The notes: generated by a model not told the origin, from the letters alone. Counted from the stretch's first letter, positions 32,741-42,758 are shown. The stretch is DNA of 64,000 nucleotides from an uncultured Gammaproteobacteria bacterium (GCA_964486505.1 CAZAMC010000002.1:65656-129655); one strand, 5' to 3'. Numbers and translations are program-made.

Positions 32741-33412
32741 ATGCCGAAGGCCAAGAAGTACCAATTCGCCGTTATTGCCTCGGACGTGGTCATTCTCACG
32801 GTCCGCGATGGCGCCTTGCAGGTGCTGTGCATTCAAATGCAGAAAGCGCCTTTTACCGGCAAGTGGGCCGTACCCGGGGGGTTGGTGCGCCCGAATGAAT
32901 CCGTTGATCACGGGGCGCATCGTCTCCTTGCCGAAAAGGCGGGCCTCCACGACGTGTACCTGGAGCAGCTCTACACGTTTGGCAAAGTGAACCGGGATCC
33001 GTTTGGCCGTGTGGTCTCGGTGGCCTACTTTGCCTTGGTCCCCAGCGACCATTTGCAGCTGCGAACAACCAAAGAGTACGCAGGGGTTCGGTGGTTCCCG
33101 GTTCGCAAACTGCCAGCTATGGCGTACGACCACGCGGAAATCGTGCAAACCGCCGTCCAGCGTTTGCAAGCCAAGCTTGGGTACACGAACATCGTCTTTA
33201 GCCTCTTGCCGAAGGCCTTCACCCTTTCTGAACTGCAGCACGTGTACGAAATTATCATCGGCAAGAGCTTTGATAAGCGGAATTTCCGCAAGAAAGTGCT
33301 GGGGCTGAAGCTGGTCCGGCCCACCGGCCAGAAGCGGGTAGGGGAGGCAAACCGGCCAGCGCACCTCTTCTCGTTCGTGCACCACGCCATTGCGCGCGTG
33401 GATATCCTGTAA
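32741..33412 (+). CDS. nrtR: NrtR family Nudix-wHTH transcriptional regulator
   Basis: Degenerate Nudix box, LEQLYTFG..RDP.GRVVSVAY, C-terminal FTLSELQ...DKRNFRKK...RPA. Confidence 0.92.
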   Translation: MPKAKKYQFAVIASDVVILTVRDGALQVLCIQMQKAPFTGKWAVPGGLVRPNESVDHGAHRLLAEKAGLHDVYLEQLYTFGKVNRDPFGRVVSVAYFALVPSDHLQLRTTKEYAGVRWFPVRKLPAMAYDHAEIVQTAVQRLQAKLGYTNIVFSLLPKAFTLSELQHVYEIIIGKSFDKRNFRKKVLGLKLVRPTGQKRVGEANRPAHLFSFVHHAIARVDIL

Positions 33413-33429
33413 ATTTTTTTCCTCGACAG

Positions 33430-33470
33430 TTAGTGTATGAATAACAATATCATTGTCACTTGTACACGAA
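33430..33470. promoter_or_regulatory. Tandem NrtR operators upstream of the NAD operon
   Basis: ttagtGT-atgaata-ACaatat and tcattGT-cacttgt-ACacgaa, just upstream of TTGACA at 33483. Confidence 0.7.
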
Positions 33471-33683
33471 CTCCGCATAGCCTTGACAAAACAGCGGTTT
33501 CTTGCCAAGGTATCCGGTCTTTCCAACTTCCCAACATGTCCCAAAGCCTAGGGAATTGCTTACCCCTGGGGAGCGCCGTGGCGTTCTCCGCGGGTAGCCC
33601 GTTGCCAGGGCTGCGAGTCCTTTGACAACTCGCAATCAGAGAAGTTTGAGAACATACACGATACTTTGAGAAAGGACAGAAGC

Positions 33684-34514
33684 ATGATTCCTTTTGAGAT
33701 TGCAGCTGGTACTGTTGCCGGGCGAGACCACCGTCTTGCCGGGCGCAACAACCAGGATGGGTACGCGGTTGTTCCTCGGCCCCTCGTCCTCGCTGCCTTT
33801 GCTTGCGATGGTTGCGGAAGTAGTCCGCAGAGTGAAGTTGGCGCGCGCCTTGGCGCTCGACTCCTTGCTGAATGCCTCGGTAAGAGTCTGGAGAGCGTGG
33901 GCCCGGGCGTGGTTTTCGACCATGCCCTCCTCAGCCGGCACTGCGAACGAGCGCGGCAAGATCTCCTTGCTCACCTCCGCGTGTTTGGCCGAACTCTGGG
34001 CGGCAACTTCACCAGCGTCGTGGCCGAGTACTTCCTCTTCACGGCAATTGGCGTTGTGGTGACGCCGTCTTCGGCAGCGATTGTGGCTGCCGGTGATGGG
34101 CTCTACGCCATCAATGGCAGTGTGGCCCAACTCGGTCCGTACGAGAACAACGCCCCGCCCTACCTTGGGTACGGCTTGCTGGATGCGGACCAAACCGACA
34201 CGCCCACACCAACGCTCAACGTCGAAATGGTGATGCCGTCGGTCGATGTGCAATCCTTGCTCATCGGCACGGATGGTGCGCTCGACTTTTGGGCGAAGGC
34301 AAACCGGCTTGTGCCTGGCACGGACCAGCCGCTCGGGCCCCTGAGCCAGTTCTGGGAACGTTCGGAGTTCTTCCGAAATGCAGACACGCTCCGGCGCCGC
34401 TTGACGGTTGCGAGTAATGACGTGACGCACATGCAGGACGGGGAAATCGAAAGAATTCCTGGTCTGCTGCACGACGACACGACGCTCATCGTCCTCCGGC
34501 GAAAGGAGGCCTAG
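33684..34514 (+). CDS. PP2C-like protein phosphatase (YegK/TerY-P type)
   Basis: GRDH...NNQD, ACDGCGS, GTDG, HDDTT metal-binding motifs. Confidence 0.88.
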   Translation: MIPFEIAAGTVAGRDHRLAGRNNQDGYAVVPRPLVLAAFACDGCGSSPQSEVGARLGARLLAECLGKSLESVGPGVVFDHALLSRHCERARQDLLAHLRVFGRTLGGNFTSVVAEYFLFTAIGVVVTPSSAAIVAAGDGLYAINGSVAQLGPYENNAPPYLGYGLLDADQTDTPTPTLNVEMVMPSVDVQSLLIGTDGALDFWAKANRLVPGTDQPLGPLSQFWERSEFFRNADTLRRRLTVASNDVTHMQDGEIERIPGLLHDDTTLIVLRRKEA

Positions 34515-36386
34515 GTGTACATCTACATGCAAGGGCGGCGATACAACCTCAACCCCGCTGATGCTATTGGCAAAGGCGGTGAAGCGGACATCTTCCTGGT
34601 CCAAGACCTGGCGGTGAAGATCTTCAAGCCGCCGAACCACCCCGACTTCGTGGGCTTCAGTGCTGAGCAGCAGGCCGCGCAGTTTCGTTTAGACGAACAC
34701 CAGCGTAAGTTGCCGGATTTTCCTCACGGCCTGCCGAGCCGAGTCATTAGCCCGCAGGAACTCGTGCGGGATCAGGCCGGTCAGCGGATTCTCGGCTACG
34801 CCATGCAATTCCTGCCTGGCGCGGAGGTGCTGTACCGTTTTACCGACAAGCGCTACCGCGAGCAGCGCGTTCCTACGCCGCACGTCGTGCAGACCTTCTT
34901 AGATCTGCACAGCACGGTGGCAGGGTTGCACGCTCGCCAGGTGGTCATTGGGGACTTCAACGACTTGAACGTCCTCGTGTACCCGGACAAACCTGAAGCG
35001 TACTTGATTGATGCCGATAGCATGCAGTTCGGACCGTACCAGTGCCGGCTCTTTACGGCGCGGTTCGTGGACCCATTGCGGTGCGATGCGCACCACCTTA
35101 TCCTGGCCCACCCGCACGTACCGGAATCGGATTGGTACGCCTTCAACGTCATGCTCATGCAGTGTTTACTTTTCGTGGGGCCGTACGGTGGCGTGTACAT
35201 GCCCAAAGGCAATGCACCGCGTATTCCCCACGACTCCCGTCCGCTGAAGCGGATAACGGTTTTCAATCCGGACGTGATTTACCCCAAGCCCGCTGTGCCC
35301 TACAGCGTGCTCCCCGACGATCTGCTGCAGCACTTCCACCTGGTATTCGAACGCGATCAACGTGGGACATTCCCGCGGCCGCTCCTCGAACGCCTACGCT
35401 GGACAACGTGCAGCGGATGCGGCAAAGAGCATGCTCGGGCAACGTGTCCCTTCTGCCAGCACGCTGCGCCCGCAGCGATCCAGCAGGTGGTGACTATGCG
35501 CGGCACGGTGAAAGCCACGCGCGTATTTCGCACGAGCGGACGCATCCTCGCTGCTGCCTACCAAGACCAGCGGTTGCGCACGCTGTGCTACGAACGCGAT
35601 GCCTACGTCCGCGAAGCAGATCGGGTGATTGCCCGTGAACCGTACCGTCCCGACCAGCGCATTCGCCTTATGGGCGATACCACGCTCATCGGACGGGGGA
35701 GTGACGTCACGGTCTATAGCCTGAGTCAGCCACCGCGAAGCTTGAGCGTTGATACCTACCGGCACCTGCCGATGTTCGATGCCAATGCAACGCAGAAAGT
35801 CTGGGTATCGGGCGGGCAGCTCCAGCGCGACGGGAAATTCGGCGACGAATTCCCCGAAACCCTGGGCAACGTACTCCAGCGACAGACCCTACTCTGGCTG
35901 GGCCCAAGCTTCGGCTTCGGGTTCTACCGAGCGGGCGACCTGGCCGTGAGTTTCGTCTTCGATGCACAACGGCAAGGACTCAACGACAGTGTGAATGTTC
36001 CGTTGCACGGCCAGCTGGTAGATGCGACTTGCGTCTTCAGCAAAGACCGGTGCTGGTTCCTCACCGTCTCGCAGGAGCACTCGCGCATCGTGCATCGTTG
36101 CACAGTGATTCGGCCCGACGGGACCGTGGACGCGACGCTCGAAGCAGCGCCCACCGATGTGCCGTGGCTCGCTAACATTCGTGGCAAGGCCGCGGTCGGT
36201 TCGTACCTCTTCGCCGCGACTGATGCGGGGCTGGTACGTGTGGAGGCACAGCAGGGGGTCATCACGCAGACGCGTGACTTCCCCGATACAGAGCCATTCG
36301 TGGATGCAGGCAGCCGACTTGTGGTTGGCGGCGACGGCATTTACGTGATTGAGAAACAAGAGATTACGCGCTTGGAGCTCACCTGA
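34515..36386 (+). CDS. YegI-like Ser/Thr kinase with zinc ribbon and beta-rich C-terminal domain
   Basis: IGKGGEA, AVKIF, IGDFNDLNVLV, IDADS; CSGC-x8-CPFC. Confidence 0.85.
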   Translation: MYIYMQGRRYNLNPADAIGKGGEADIFLVQDLAVKIFKPPNHPDFVGFSAEQQAAQFRLDEHQRKLPDFPHGLPSRVISPQELVRDQAGQRILGYAMQFLPGAEVLYRFTDKRYREQRVPTPHVVQTFLDLHSTVAGLHARQVVIGDFNDLNVLVYPDKPEAYLIDADSMQFGPYQCRLFTARFVDPLRCDAHHLILAHPHVPESDWYAFNVMLMQCLLFVGPYGGVYMPKGNAPRIPHDSRPLKRITVFNPDVIYPKPAVPYSVLPDDLLQHFHLVFERDQRGTFPRPLLERLRWTTCSGCGKEHARATCPFCQHAAPAAIQQVVTMRGTVKATRVFRTSGRILAAAYQDQRLRTLCYERDAYVREADRVIAREPYRPDQRIRLMGDTTLIGRGSDVTVYSLSQPPRSLSVDTYRHLPMFDANATQKVWVSGGQLQRDGKFGDEFPETLGNVLQRQTLLWLGPSFGFGFYRAGDLAVSFVFDAQRQGLNDSVNVPLHGQLVDATCVFSKDRCWFLTVSQEHSRIVHRCTVIRPDGTVDATLEAAPTDVPWLANIRGKAAVGSYLFAATDAGLVRVEAQQGVITQTRDFPDTEPFVDAGSRLVVGGDGIYVIEKQEITRLELT

Positions 36387-36431
36387 GCACCAGGCACGCG
36401 AGAACACAACAGAAGAACGAGGAGGTTCACC

Positions 36432-38168
36432 ATGCTCGCAACCTACACGGCAGCGCTGCACCGCGGTGCCAAAGTGTCGGTCACCGGTTTATGCGGCAGG
36501 ATTATTCGCGGGAAGAAGCCCGAAGATTTTCTGACGCTCACCGATGATCCCGACCGGAAACTCGTCCTGCTCATGGGGCCGGATGGGTTGGAGAAGCTAC
36601 TCGGCAAGAGTGGCTACCAGATGCTGGTGGAAATCGGCTACGAGACGGGCTACATTGCCCGTAAGGTCGCCGAAGGAAACCAGTTCAAGCTCATCGTTTT
36701 TCCCGAAGGTGGGCCGGCTAAGCTGGCGACCTGGGAGAACGTCATCGACGTCGTCAGCGACGTCTACCCGAACATTGCCGCTAAGCTCAACCGTTCCCGG
36801 GACAGCTTGGCCAAAGTGCCGTTCGACGAAATCGAAAGGTTGGCTCGCTTCGACTTTTCCGTTGTGGACAAAGCTGGTCCTGCTGACCCGCGGTACATGA
36901 CGGAAGAGCGGTTCCGCCAGAGCGCTGGAACGCTCGTCGACGCCCGGGCCTTCCTGTACTTCACGGTTCACCTGCGCGAGCTGTATCGCGGTGATGGGTA
37001 CACCTACACCGCCGACGGCCGCCGGGGGCTGATGGAGTACATCGTGCCCAACGTGCCCATTGCGGACTTGGGCTCGCACGAAATCATTGACCTCACCATA
37101 ACGCTGCCTTCCGCGCAGCCCAACACAAGGAGTGGTAATTTGAAAACGTATCCTATCCCGGCGCACTACGACCCCAACGCGGTCGACCAGGTGCGCAAAG
37201 TGCCGTACGAGGCAATCGCCACGGCGGCGGGAACGTACGCCCAGCAGCACGGCATCAAAGCCGCTGTCACGGACAAGTTTCGTCTGGCCCTGATGGCGAT
37301 TGACGTTCAGAATACGTTCGTCATCCCGGGTTACGAACTCGTCGTCGGCGGAGCGGTGGAGGACACGCAGCGGACCTGCGCGTTCATCTACCGTAACCTC
37401 GGCTACATTACCGAGATCGATCCGACCATGGACACCCACCGGATGTTCCAGATCTTCCACGCCGCTTTCTGGGTGGATGGCAATGGGCAGCACCCGGCGC
37501 CGTTCACCAGCATCAAGCTGACGGACGTGGAGAACGGGACCTGGAAGCCGAACCCGGCTATGGCGGCCTACCTGACCAGCGGCAGCTACCCGACGCTGCT
37601 GGAACACTGCTTGCACTACTGCAAGAAGTTGGCCGAACGCGGTCGGTACGAGCTGAGCATTTGGCCGTACCACGCCATGCTCGGGGGCATCGACCACGCC
37701 CTGGTGCCGGCGTTCCACGAAGCGTGCATCTTCCACGCTGCCGCGCGGCAGATGCAGACCGGCCTGGAGATCAAGGGTGGTAGCCCCTACACGGAGAACT
37801 ACTCCATCTTCGGTCCGGAAGTGCTCAACACGAAGGGGGGCAAGCCTCTCCCGCTGGTGCAGCGCAATGTGGCGTTCCTCGAGCGCCTCATGAACTGCGA
37901 TGCGGTGGTCATCGCCGGCCAGGCGAAGAGCCACTGCGTGGCTTGGACGATCGACGACTTGCTCGTCGATATCAGCGCGAAGGACCCGAGCCTCGCCAAG
38001 AAGGTCTACCTCCTGGAGGACTGCACCTCGCCGGTGATTATCCCCGGGGTGGTGGACTACACGCCCATGGCCAACGCCGCTTTCCAGCGCTTCCAGGATG
38101 CGGGTATGCACGTGGTTCGTTCCACCGATCCGATCTGGACGTGGCCGGGCCTGCAGGACAAGTTCTAG
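36432..38168 (+). CDS. Unknown N-terminal domain fused to nicotinamidase/isochorismatase-family hydrolase
   Basis: C-terminal IDVQNTF, TMDTH, IWPYH, EIKG, AGQAKSHCV (D-K-C triad). Confidence 0.85.
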   Translation: MLATYTAALHRGAKVSVTGLCGRIIRGKKPEDFLTLTDDPDRKLVLLMGPDGLEKLLGKSGYQMLVEIGYETGYIARKVAEGNQFKLIVFPEGGPAKLATWENVIDVVSDVYPNIAAKLNRSRDSLAKVPFDEIERLARFDFSVVDKAGPADPRYMTEERFRQSAGTLVDARAFLYFTVHLRELYRGDGYTYTADGRRGLMEYIVPNVPIADLGSHEIIDLTITLPSAQPNTRSGNLKTYPIPAHYDPNAVDQVRKVPYEAIATAAGTYAQQHGIKAAVTDKFRLALMAIDVQNTFVIPGYELVVGGAVEDTQRTCAFIYRNLGYITEIDPTMDTHRMFQIFHAAFWVDGNGQHPAPFTSIKLTDVENGTWKPNPAMAAYLTSGSYPTLLEHCLHYCKKLAERGRYELSIWPYHAMLGGIDHALVPAFHEACIFHAAARQMQTGLEIKGGSPYTENYSIFGPEVLNTKGGKPLPLVQRNVAFLERLMNCDAVVIAGQAKSHCVAWTIDDLLVDISAKDPSLAKKVYLLEDCTSPVIIPGVVDYTPMANAAFQRFQDAGMHVVRSTDPIWTWPGLQDKF

Positions 38169-38258
38169 GAACATCCTGCGCGACGTGTTCTCCTCCGGTG
38201 GCTGGCACACGGTCAGTCGCCGGAGGGAACCAAATCTGAATTCGAGGAGAATACCAAC

Positions 38259-39047
38259 ATGTCAAAAAGTGTAAACCAGCTCTTGGACACAGCGGTGGAT
38301 CAGGGCAACCTTTCCCGCGTTTCCTCGCAGCTCTTAACCGCTGGGGACATTGGCCGGCAGATCCAGCAGGGCATGGGCTTGCCCATCGACGCTGTGGATT
38401 CGCCGGAAGTCATTGTCCTGCAGCAGCTCATTGACGATTCTGGTAGCATCCGGTTCGTCTCTGGGAATACCGAAGCGGTGCGCGATGGCAGCAACGGTGC
38501 CATTGAAGCCATGCGCAAGACCAAACAGGCGCAAGCCGGGAGTATCCTGGCAGCGCTCCGCTTCCTCAACCGCGGCGTGCTCTACGATATCCGCCCGATC
38601 GCGAATGCGGAGTTGCTGGTAACCAGCAATTACAATCCCGATGGCATCACGCCGCTCTATGACCAGACAATGGTCCTCTGCGGCACCGCAATCGCCAAGA
38701 CGCAGGAGTATCAGAATTCGGGTATTGCCGTCCGGACGATCAACCTGATCGTCACCGACGGGCACGACCAGGGTTCGTTCCACTCCATTCGGGATTGCGC
38801 CAACGTGGTGGGCGACTTGCTCAAATCCGAAATGCACATCCTGGCGGCCATCGGCATCACCGACGGCAGCACGGACTTCCAGGCGATTTTCCGGCAGATG
38901 GGCATCCCCGATCAGTGGATCCTGACGCCGAAGAATACGCCTTCGGAAATCCGCAAAGCGTTCCTGCTCGCTTCGCAGTCGGCCGTGCGCGCCAGCCAGA
39001 ACGCGGCGTCCTTCAGCCAGGTGGCAATGGGCGGCTTCACCAAGTAA
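38259..39047 (+). CDS. vWA domain protein (TerY-like)
   Basis: IDDSGSI MIDAS, TPLYD, IVTDG. Confidence 0.85.
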   Translation: MSKSVNQLLDTAVDQGNLSRVSSQLLTAGDIGRQIQQGMGLPIDAVDSPEVIVLQQLIDDSGSIRFVSGNTEAVRDGSNGAIEAMRKTKQAQAGSILAALRFLNRGVLYDIRPIANAELLVTSNYNPDGITPLYDQTMVLCGTAIAKTQEYQNSGIAVRTINLIVTDGHDQGSFHSIRDCANVVGDLLKSEMHILAAIGITDGSTDFQAIFRQMGIPDQWILTPKNTPSEIRKAFLLASQSAVRASQNAASFSQVAMGGFTK

Positions 39048-39241
39048 GCAGCTCTTTCGTCTCAATGATCTTTTACGCGGAGAGGAGTGCCCTGCACTCC
39101 TCTCCCAAACTTCTCTGATTGCGAGTGTCAGCAAAGCCGTGGAACGCCCCAACGTTCTGCAGCTTTGGCCACAACATACGTTGTGGCCATGCAACCCAAG
39201 AAAAAAAGTGAACGTTGAATAGAAGAAAGTGAGGAATACCA

Positions 39242-40624
39242 ATGCCTCGTGTCGCAATTTTCGGCCTTAGCGGTAATCCAAGCGGGTTACACCACCGCCG
39301 TGTTGTCTTGCGCCTGGCCCAAGCGTTTGACCAGGTAATCGTGGTTCCGTGCGGTCCTCGGCCAGACAAGCTGACGACCAATGACATCGCGCCAATCAAC
39401 CGGGCGGTGATGGCGGACCAGACTTTCGGCGATATTCCCAATGTCACCGTTGATCTGGACGATCTGGAACACGATCTCTTCACCCGGACGGTAGCGCTCC
39501 TGGAACGGTATGCGCACCGGGGTGAGTGCTGGCTGGCCATTGGCGGTGACCTGATAGTGGGCGGGAAGAACGGCCAATCCGTTATCCAGCGTGAATGGGA
39601 GCGTGGCCAGGAAATCTGGCAGGCGAAGATCGTGGTCATCCCGCGGGAAGGTACGCCGTTTGATACGGCAGACTTGCCGCCCAACGCGGATGTCCTGGCG
39701 CCTGTGGATGGTGGCTCGAGCACGGAGATTCGGGAACGGATCTTCACGCACCAGCCGTTCGCTGACCTCGTCATGCCCGCAGTGGCTTCGTACATCGAAC
39801 GCTACGGTTTGTACCGGGGGATGCAGCCAAACCTGTTAGCTCCCGGCACAACCATCGAGTTGCCACGAATCATCTGTGTTGCTGATCCGGAGAATGCTCT
39901 CGCCAGCGCAATTGCCCAGCGCTTTGCGGCAATGCACGTGCAGAGCTTGCCCAATTGCATTGTGGCTATTGGTGGCGACGGGTTCATGCTCCAGGTTATC
40001 CGCGAACACTGGCGGAAGCGCCTGCCCATCCTGGGTATCAACGCTGGACACCGGGGCTTCCTCCTCAATGAGTGGAACGCCGACTGGCACACCCGGACGT
40101 TCTTCCAGAACCTCACCATCCTGCAGTCACCGTTGCTGTATGTGACCGCAACGAAGCTGGATGGGACGACGGTGACGCAGCTGGCGTTCAATGATGCGTG
40201 GCTACGGTCGGCGAACGGCGGCCAGGCAGCGTGGCTGGAGGTCATGGTCGACGGTCAGACGCGACTCCCGAAACTCGTTGCTGACGGTGCGCTCATTGCA
40301 ACGGCTGGTGGTTCTACTGGGTATGCCCGTGCCCTTGGTGTGAAGCCCATGCCGGTCGGCACCGAACAGCTCATCTTGGCTGGCATGAACGTTTTCGAAC
40401 CGTTTGGCTGGGGGCCGGTGCACCTTGGTCTCCGCCAGAGCATCCAGCTCCGCGTGCTGGATACGGTGAAGCGCGGAGTCGAAGCGTTCGTCGATGGCTT
40501 TAGCCTTGGCCCCGTGACGTCGCTCAACGTCCGCGTGAGCCGAATTGCCTCGGTCGAGCTCGCCTTCTGCCCGAGCAATGACCCACAGCAGAAAATCTTA
40601 GCCCTTCAGTTCCCTGTACATTGA
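39242..40624 (+). CDS. Fused NaMN adenylyltransferase (NadD-like) and NAD kinase
   Basis: N-terminal GLSGNPSGLHH and SSTEIR; C-terminal GGDGFML, FND, TAGGSTGY. Confidence 0.88.
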   Translation: MPRVAIFGLSGNPSGLHHRRVVLRLAQAFDQVIVVPCGPRPDKLTTNDIAPINRAVMADQTFGDIPNVTVDLDDLEHDLFTRTVALLERYAHRGECWLAIGGDLIVGGKNGQSVIQREWERGQEIWQAKIVVIPREGTPFDTADLPPNADVLAPVDGGSSTEIRERIFTHQPFADLVMPAVASYIERYGLYRGMQPNLLAPGTTIELPRIICVADPENALASAIAQRFAAMHVQSLPNCIVAIGGDGFMLQVIREHWRKRLPILGINAGHRGFLLNEWNADWHTRTFFQNLTILQSPLLYVTATKLDGTTVTQLAFNDAWLRSANGGQAAWLEVMVDGQTRLPKLVADGALIATAGGSTGYARALGVKPMPVGTEQLILAGMNVFEPFGWGPVHLGLRQSIQLRVLDTVKRGVEAFVDGFSLGPVTSLNVRVSRIASVELAFCPSNDPQQKILALQFPVH

Positions 40625-40798
40625 TTCCCTCCGTGGTGTGGAGCGTACGGCTTACCCCGGCGCTCCACCCCCAATTTTCTTCCAGAGCCTTGTTCCGAAA
40701 CCTTTCGGCGCAGTGCTCTCACCCGAAAAAACTTTTCGAGTGATGCTCATTAACAACCTGCAAGCAACAGAAATTTATAGAATAAACAGGAGATGTAT

Positions 40799-41359
40799 AT
40801 GGAACAGCAAGGCACCCCGAGAGTGGTGAAGAAGAATTTCGTCCTCCGCACCATTCAATCGCGAGGTCATGCGTGGCAGTACTTAGAAACGTCCGATTCC
40901 GCGAATGTCCTCATCTACATTACAGACAAGGACCAGGTGCTCCTGGTTCGCCAGCAGCGTGACGCCATGGTGCGAAACGATAACCCGGAAGGCTGGATTA
41001 CCGAGAGCGTCGCCGGCCGATTTGACCGGGAAGAAACTGTGCGCCAGCTCCTCGCCCGTGAAGCGAGCGAAGAGGTTGGGGGCACTATTCATCCCGACGC
41101 GATCGTGCTCCTGAACAACGGCGCTCCGCTCGCTCTTTCTGCCGGTTGCCTGGTGGAACGGGCGTGGCTTGGCTTCGTGGAGGTTACCAGCGACCAGCTG
41201 GAGAAAACTGATCGCCAGTATGGCTTGGCCGCAGAGGGTGAGCGCATCACGCGCATCTTCCTGCCGGCCCGTGAAGTGGAGAGCTACGTGTGCGAGGACG
41301 TGCGTGTCTTCGCGCTCCTCCAGTGGTTCCTCCGTATGAAAGTTGATGATCGCAGATAG
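40799..41359 (+). CDS. NUDIX hydrolase, ADP-ribose pyrophosphatase-like
   Basis: LLVRQQR, ESVAGRFD...AREASEEVG, GLAAEGERI. Confidence 0.8.
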   Translation: MEQQGTPRVVKKNFVLRTIQSRGHAWQYLETSDSANVLIYITDKDQVLLVRQQRDAMVRNDNPEGWITESVAGRFDREETVRQLLAREASEEVGGTIHPDAIVLLNNGAPLALSAGCLVERAWLGFVEVTSDQLEKTDRQYGLAAEGERITRIFLPAREVESYVCEDVRVFALLQWFLRMKVDDRR

Positions 41360-41372
41360 AAAGGAGGAAGCC

Positions 41373-42635
41373 ATGAGCTTCCGCAATACCAGGCGTGGTA
41401 TAGGAGAGGCGATTATCCAATCGCTCCTCGATGTGGACTTTTACAAGTTCACAATGGGGAATTTCATATACCAGTTTTACCGAGATGTGATCGTCACATT
41501 CGGGATGAAGAATCGGACAGCCTCCATCCGACTCGCAGACGTTATCGATGTGCAGGAGCTGCGGGCTGAGCTAGATCACGTTATGACGCTTCGTTTCACG
41601 CCGAGTGAGATCTACTACTTGCGCGGCATGGACGTGTACGGGAAGAACATGTTCTCCGAAGAGTACTTGAACTTCCTGAAGAGCCTTCAGTTGCCGCCCT
41701 ATGAGCTCCACGTCGTTGACGGGCAGTTCGACCTTCGCTTCACTGGACCGTGGGCCGCGGTTTCCCTCTGGGAGACCATTGCCTTAGGGATTGTGAATGA
41801 GCTCTACTACCGCGCGCTCCTCCGCGACAAGAGTCGCTTCCAGCGCCAGGCTATCTACGCAGATGGTATCCGTCGCCTGCACGACAAGATTGTGGAGCTG
41901 AAGAAGCGCCCGCGCATCAACTTCATCGAGTTTGGGACGCGGCGACGCTTCGGCCGGGTGTGGCAGAGCGACATCACGCGCGCGCTCGCCGAAGAGCTAC
42001 CAGCTACGCAGTTCCGCGGGACGTCGAACACCTTCCTAGCATTCAAGTACGGCTTCACCCCTATGGGTACAAGCGCACACGAACTGCAAATGGTGGTTGG
42101 CGCTCTAGCGAACTCCGATGCCGAGCTCCTCGCTTCGACAGAGGTCGTGCTCGACCAGTGGTTCGATCTGTACGGACCTGGACTCTCCATCGCGCTGCCC
42201 GACACATTCGGCTCGGAATTCTTCTTCAAGGTTTTTGGAGAGGAACGGGCTCGCAAGTGGAAGGGGACGCGAGAAGATTCGGCTGACCCGTTGCTCGCTG
42301 GCATAGAGCGGATCAAGTTCTACCGTAGCTTCGGCATTGACCCGAAGACGAAGCTATGGCTACCCAGCGACGGTCTCGATCTTGGGAAAATCATCAAGAT
42401 CGACGAACGGTACGGCGACCAGCTGATCGTTTCGTACGGCTGGGGCACAACGTTGACAAATGACCTGGGTCTCCCGACCCTGTCACTCGTCATCAAGGCC
42501 ACTGCCGCAAACGGTCGAGGTACGGTGAAGCTCTCGGACAACCTTGCCAAAGCCATGGGTCCGGCTGACGAAGTCCAGCGGTATAAACGGGTCTTCGGCT
42601 ATACCGAGATTCGTGATGAAGAGTGCAAAGTGTGA
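41373..42635 (+). CDS. pncB: Nicotinate phosphoribosyltransferase
   Basis: SLLDVDFYKFTM, EFGTRRR, GTSN, GTSAHE, REDSAD, SDGL, KLSDN. Confidence 0.95.
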   Translation: MSFRNTRRGIGEAIIQSLLDVDFYKFTMGNFIYQFYRDVIVTFGMKNRTASIRLADVIDVQELRAELDHVMTLRFTPSEIYYLRGMDVYGKNMFSEEYLNFLKSLQLPPYELHVVDGQFDLRFTGPWAAVSLWETIALGIVNELYYRALLRDKSRFQRQAIYADGIRRLHDKIVELKKRPRINFIEFGTRRRFGRVWQSDITRALAEELPATQFRGTSNTFLAFKYGFTPMGTSAHELQMVVGALANSDAELLASTEVVLDQWFDLYGPGLSIALPDTFGSEFFFKVFGEERARKWKGTREDSADPLLAGIERIKFYRSFGIDPKTKLWLPSDGLDLGKIIKIDERYGDQLIVSYGWGTTLTNDLGLPTLSLVIKATAANGRGTVKLSDNLAKAMGPADEVQRYKRVFGYTEIRDEECKV

Positions 42636-42655
42636 AAATGCTTGCAGGAACAATC

Positions 42656-42745
42656 GGTGGGAGGCAGCAATGCTTCCCACCCTTTCCCTCGAGTGTCCCA
42701 CAGTGGTGGGGGATTGGAGGGAAAGCACAAACAACAACGTTCACT
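42656..42745 (+). ncRNA. Candidate structured RNA motif, copy 1
   Basis: Two adjacent hairpins plus an ACAACGTTCA tail; 47-nt core is 46/47 identical to copy 2. Confidence 0.55.
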
Positions 42746-42758
42746 GAAAGGAGCTAGC

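Noticed and set aside
36597-38210. Long antisense ORFs (also 4957-6270, 9989-11215, 19733-21058, 32252-33544)
   Set aside because: Shadow ORFs opposite well-supported genes in GC-rich DNA, with no motifs.
39150-39218. Further CAACGTTC-like words upstream of the NadD-NadK gene
   Set aside because: Short matches, one of them inverted, without the associated hairpins; could be chance.
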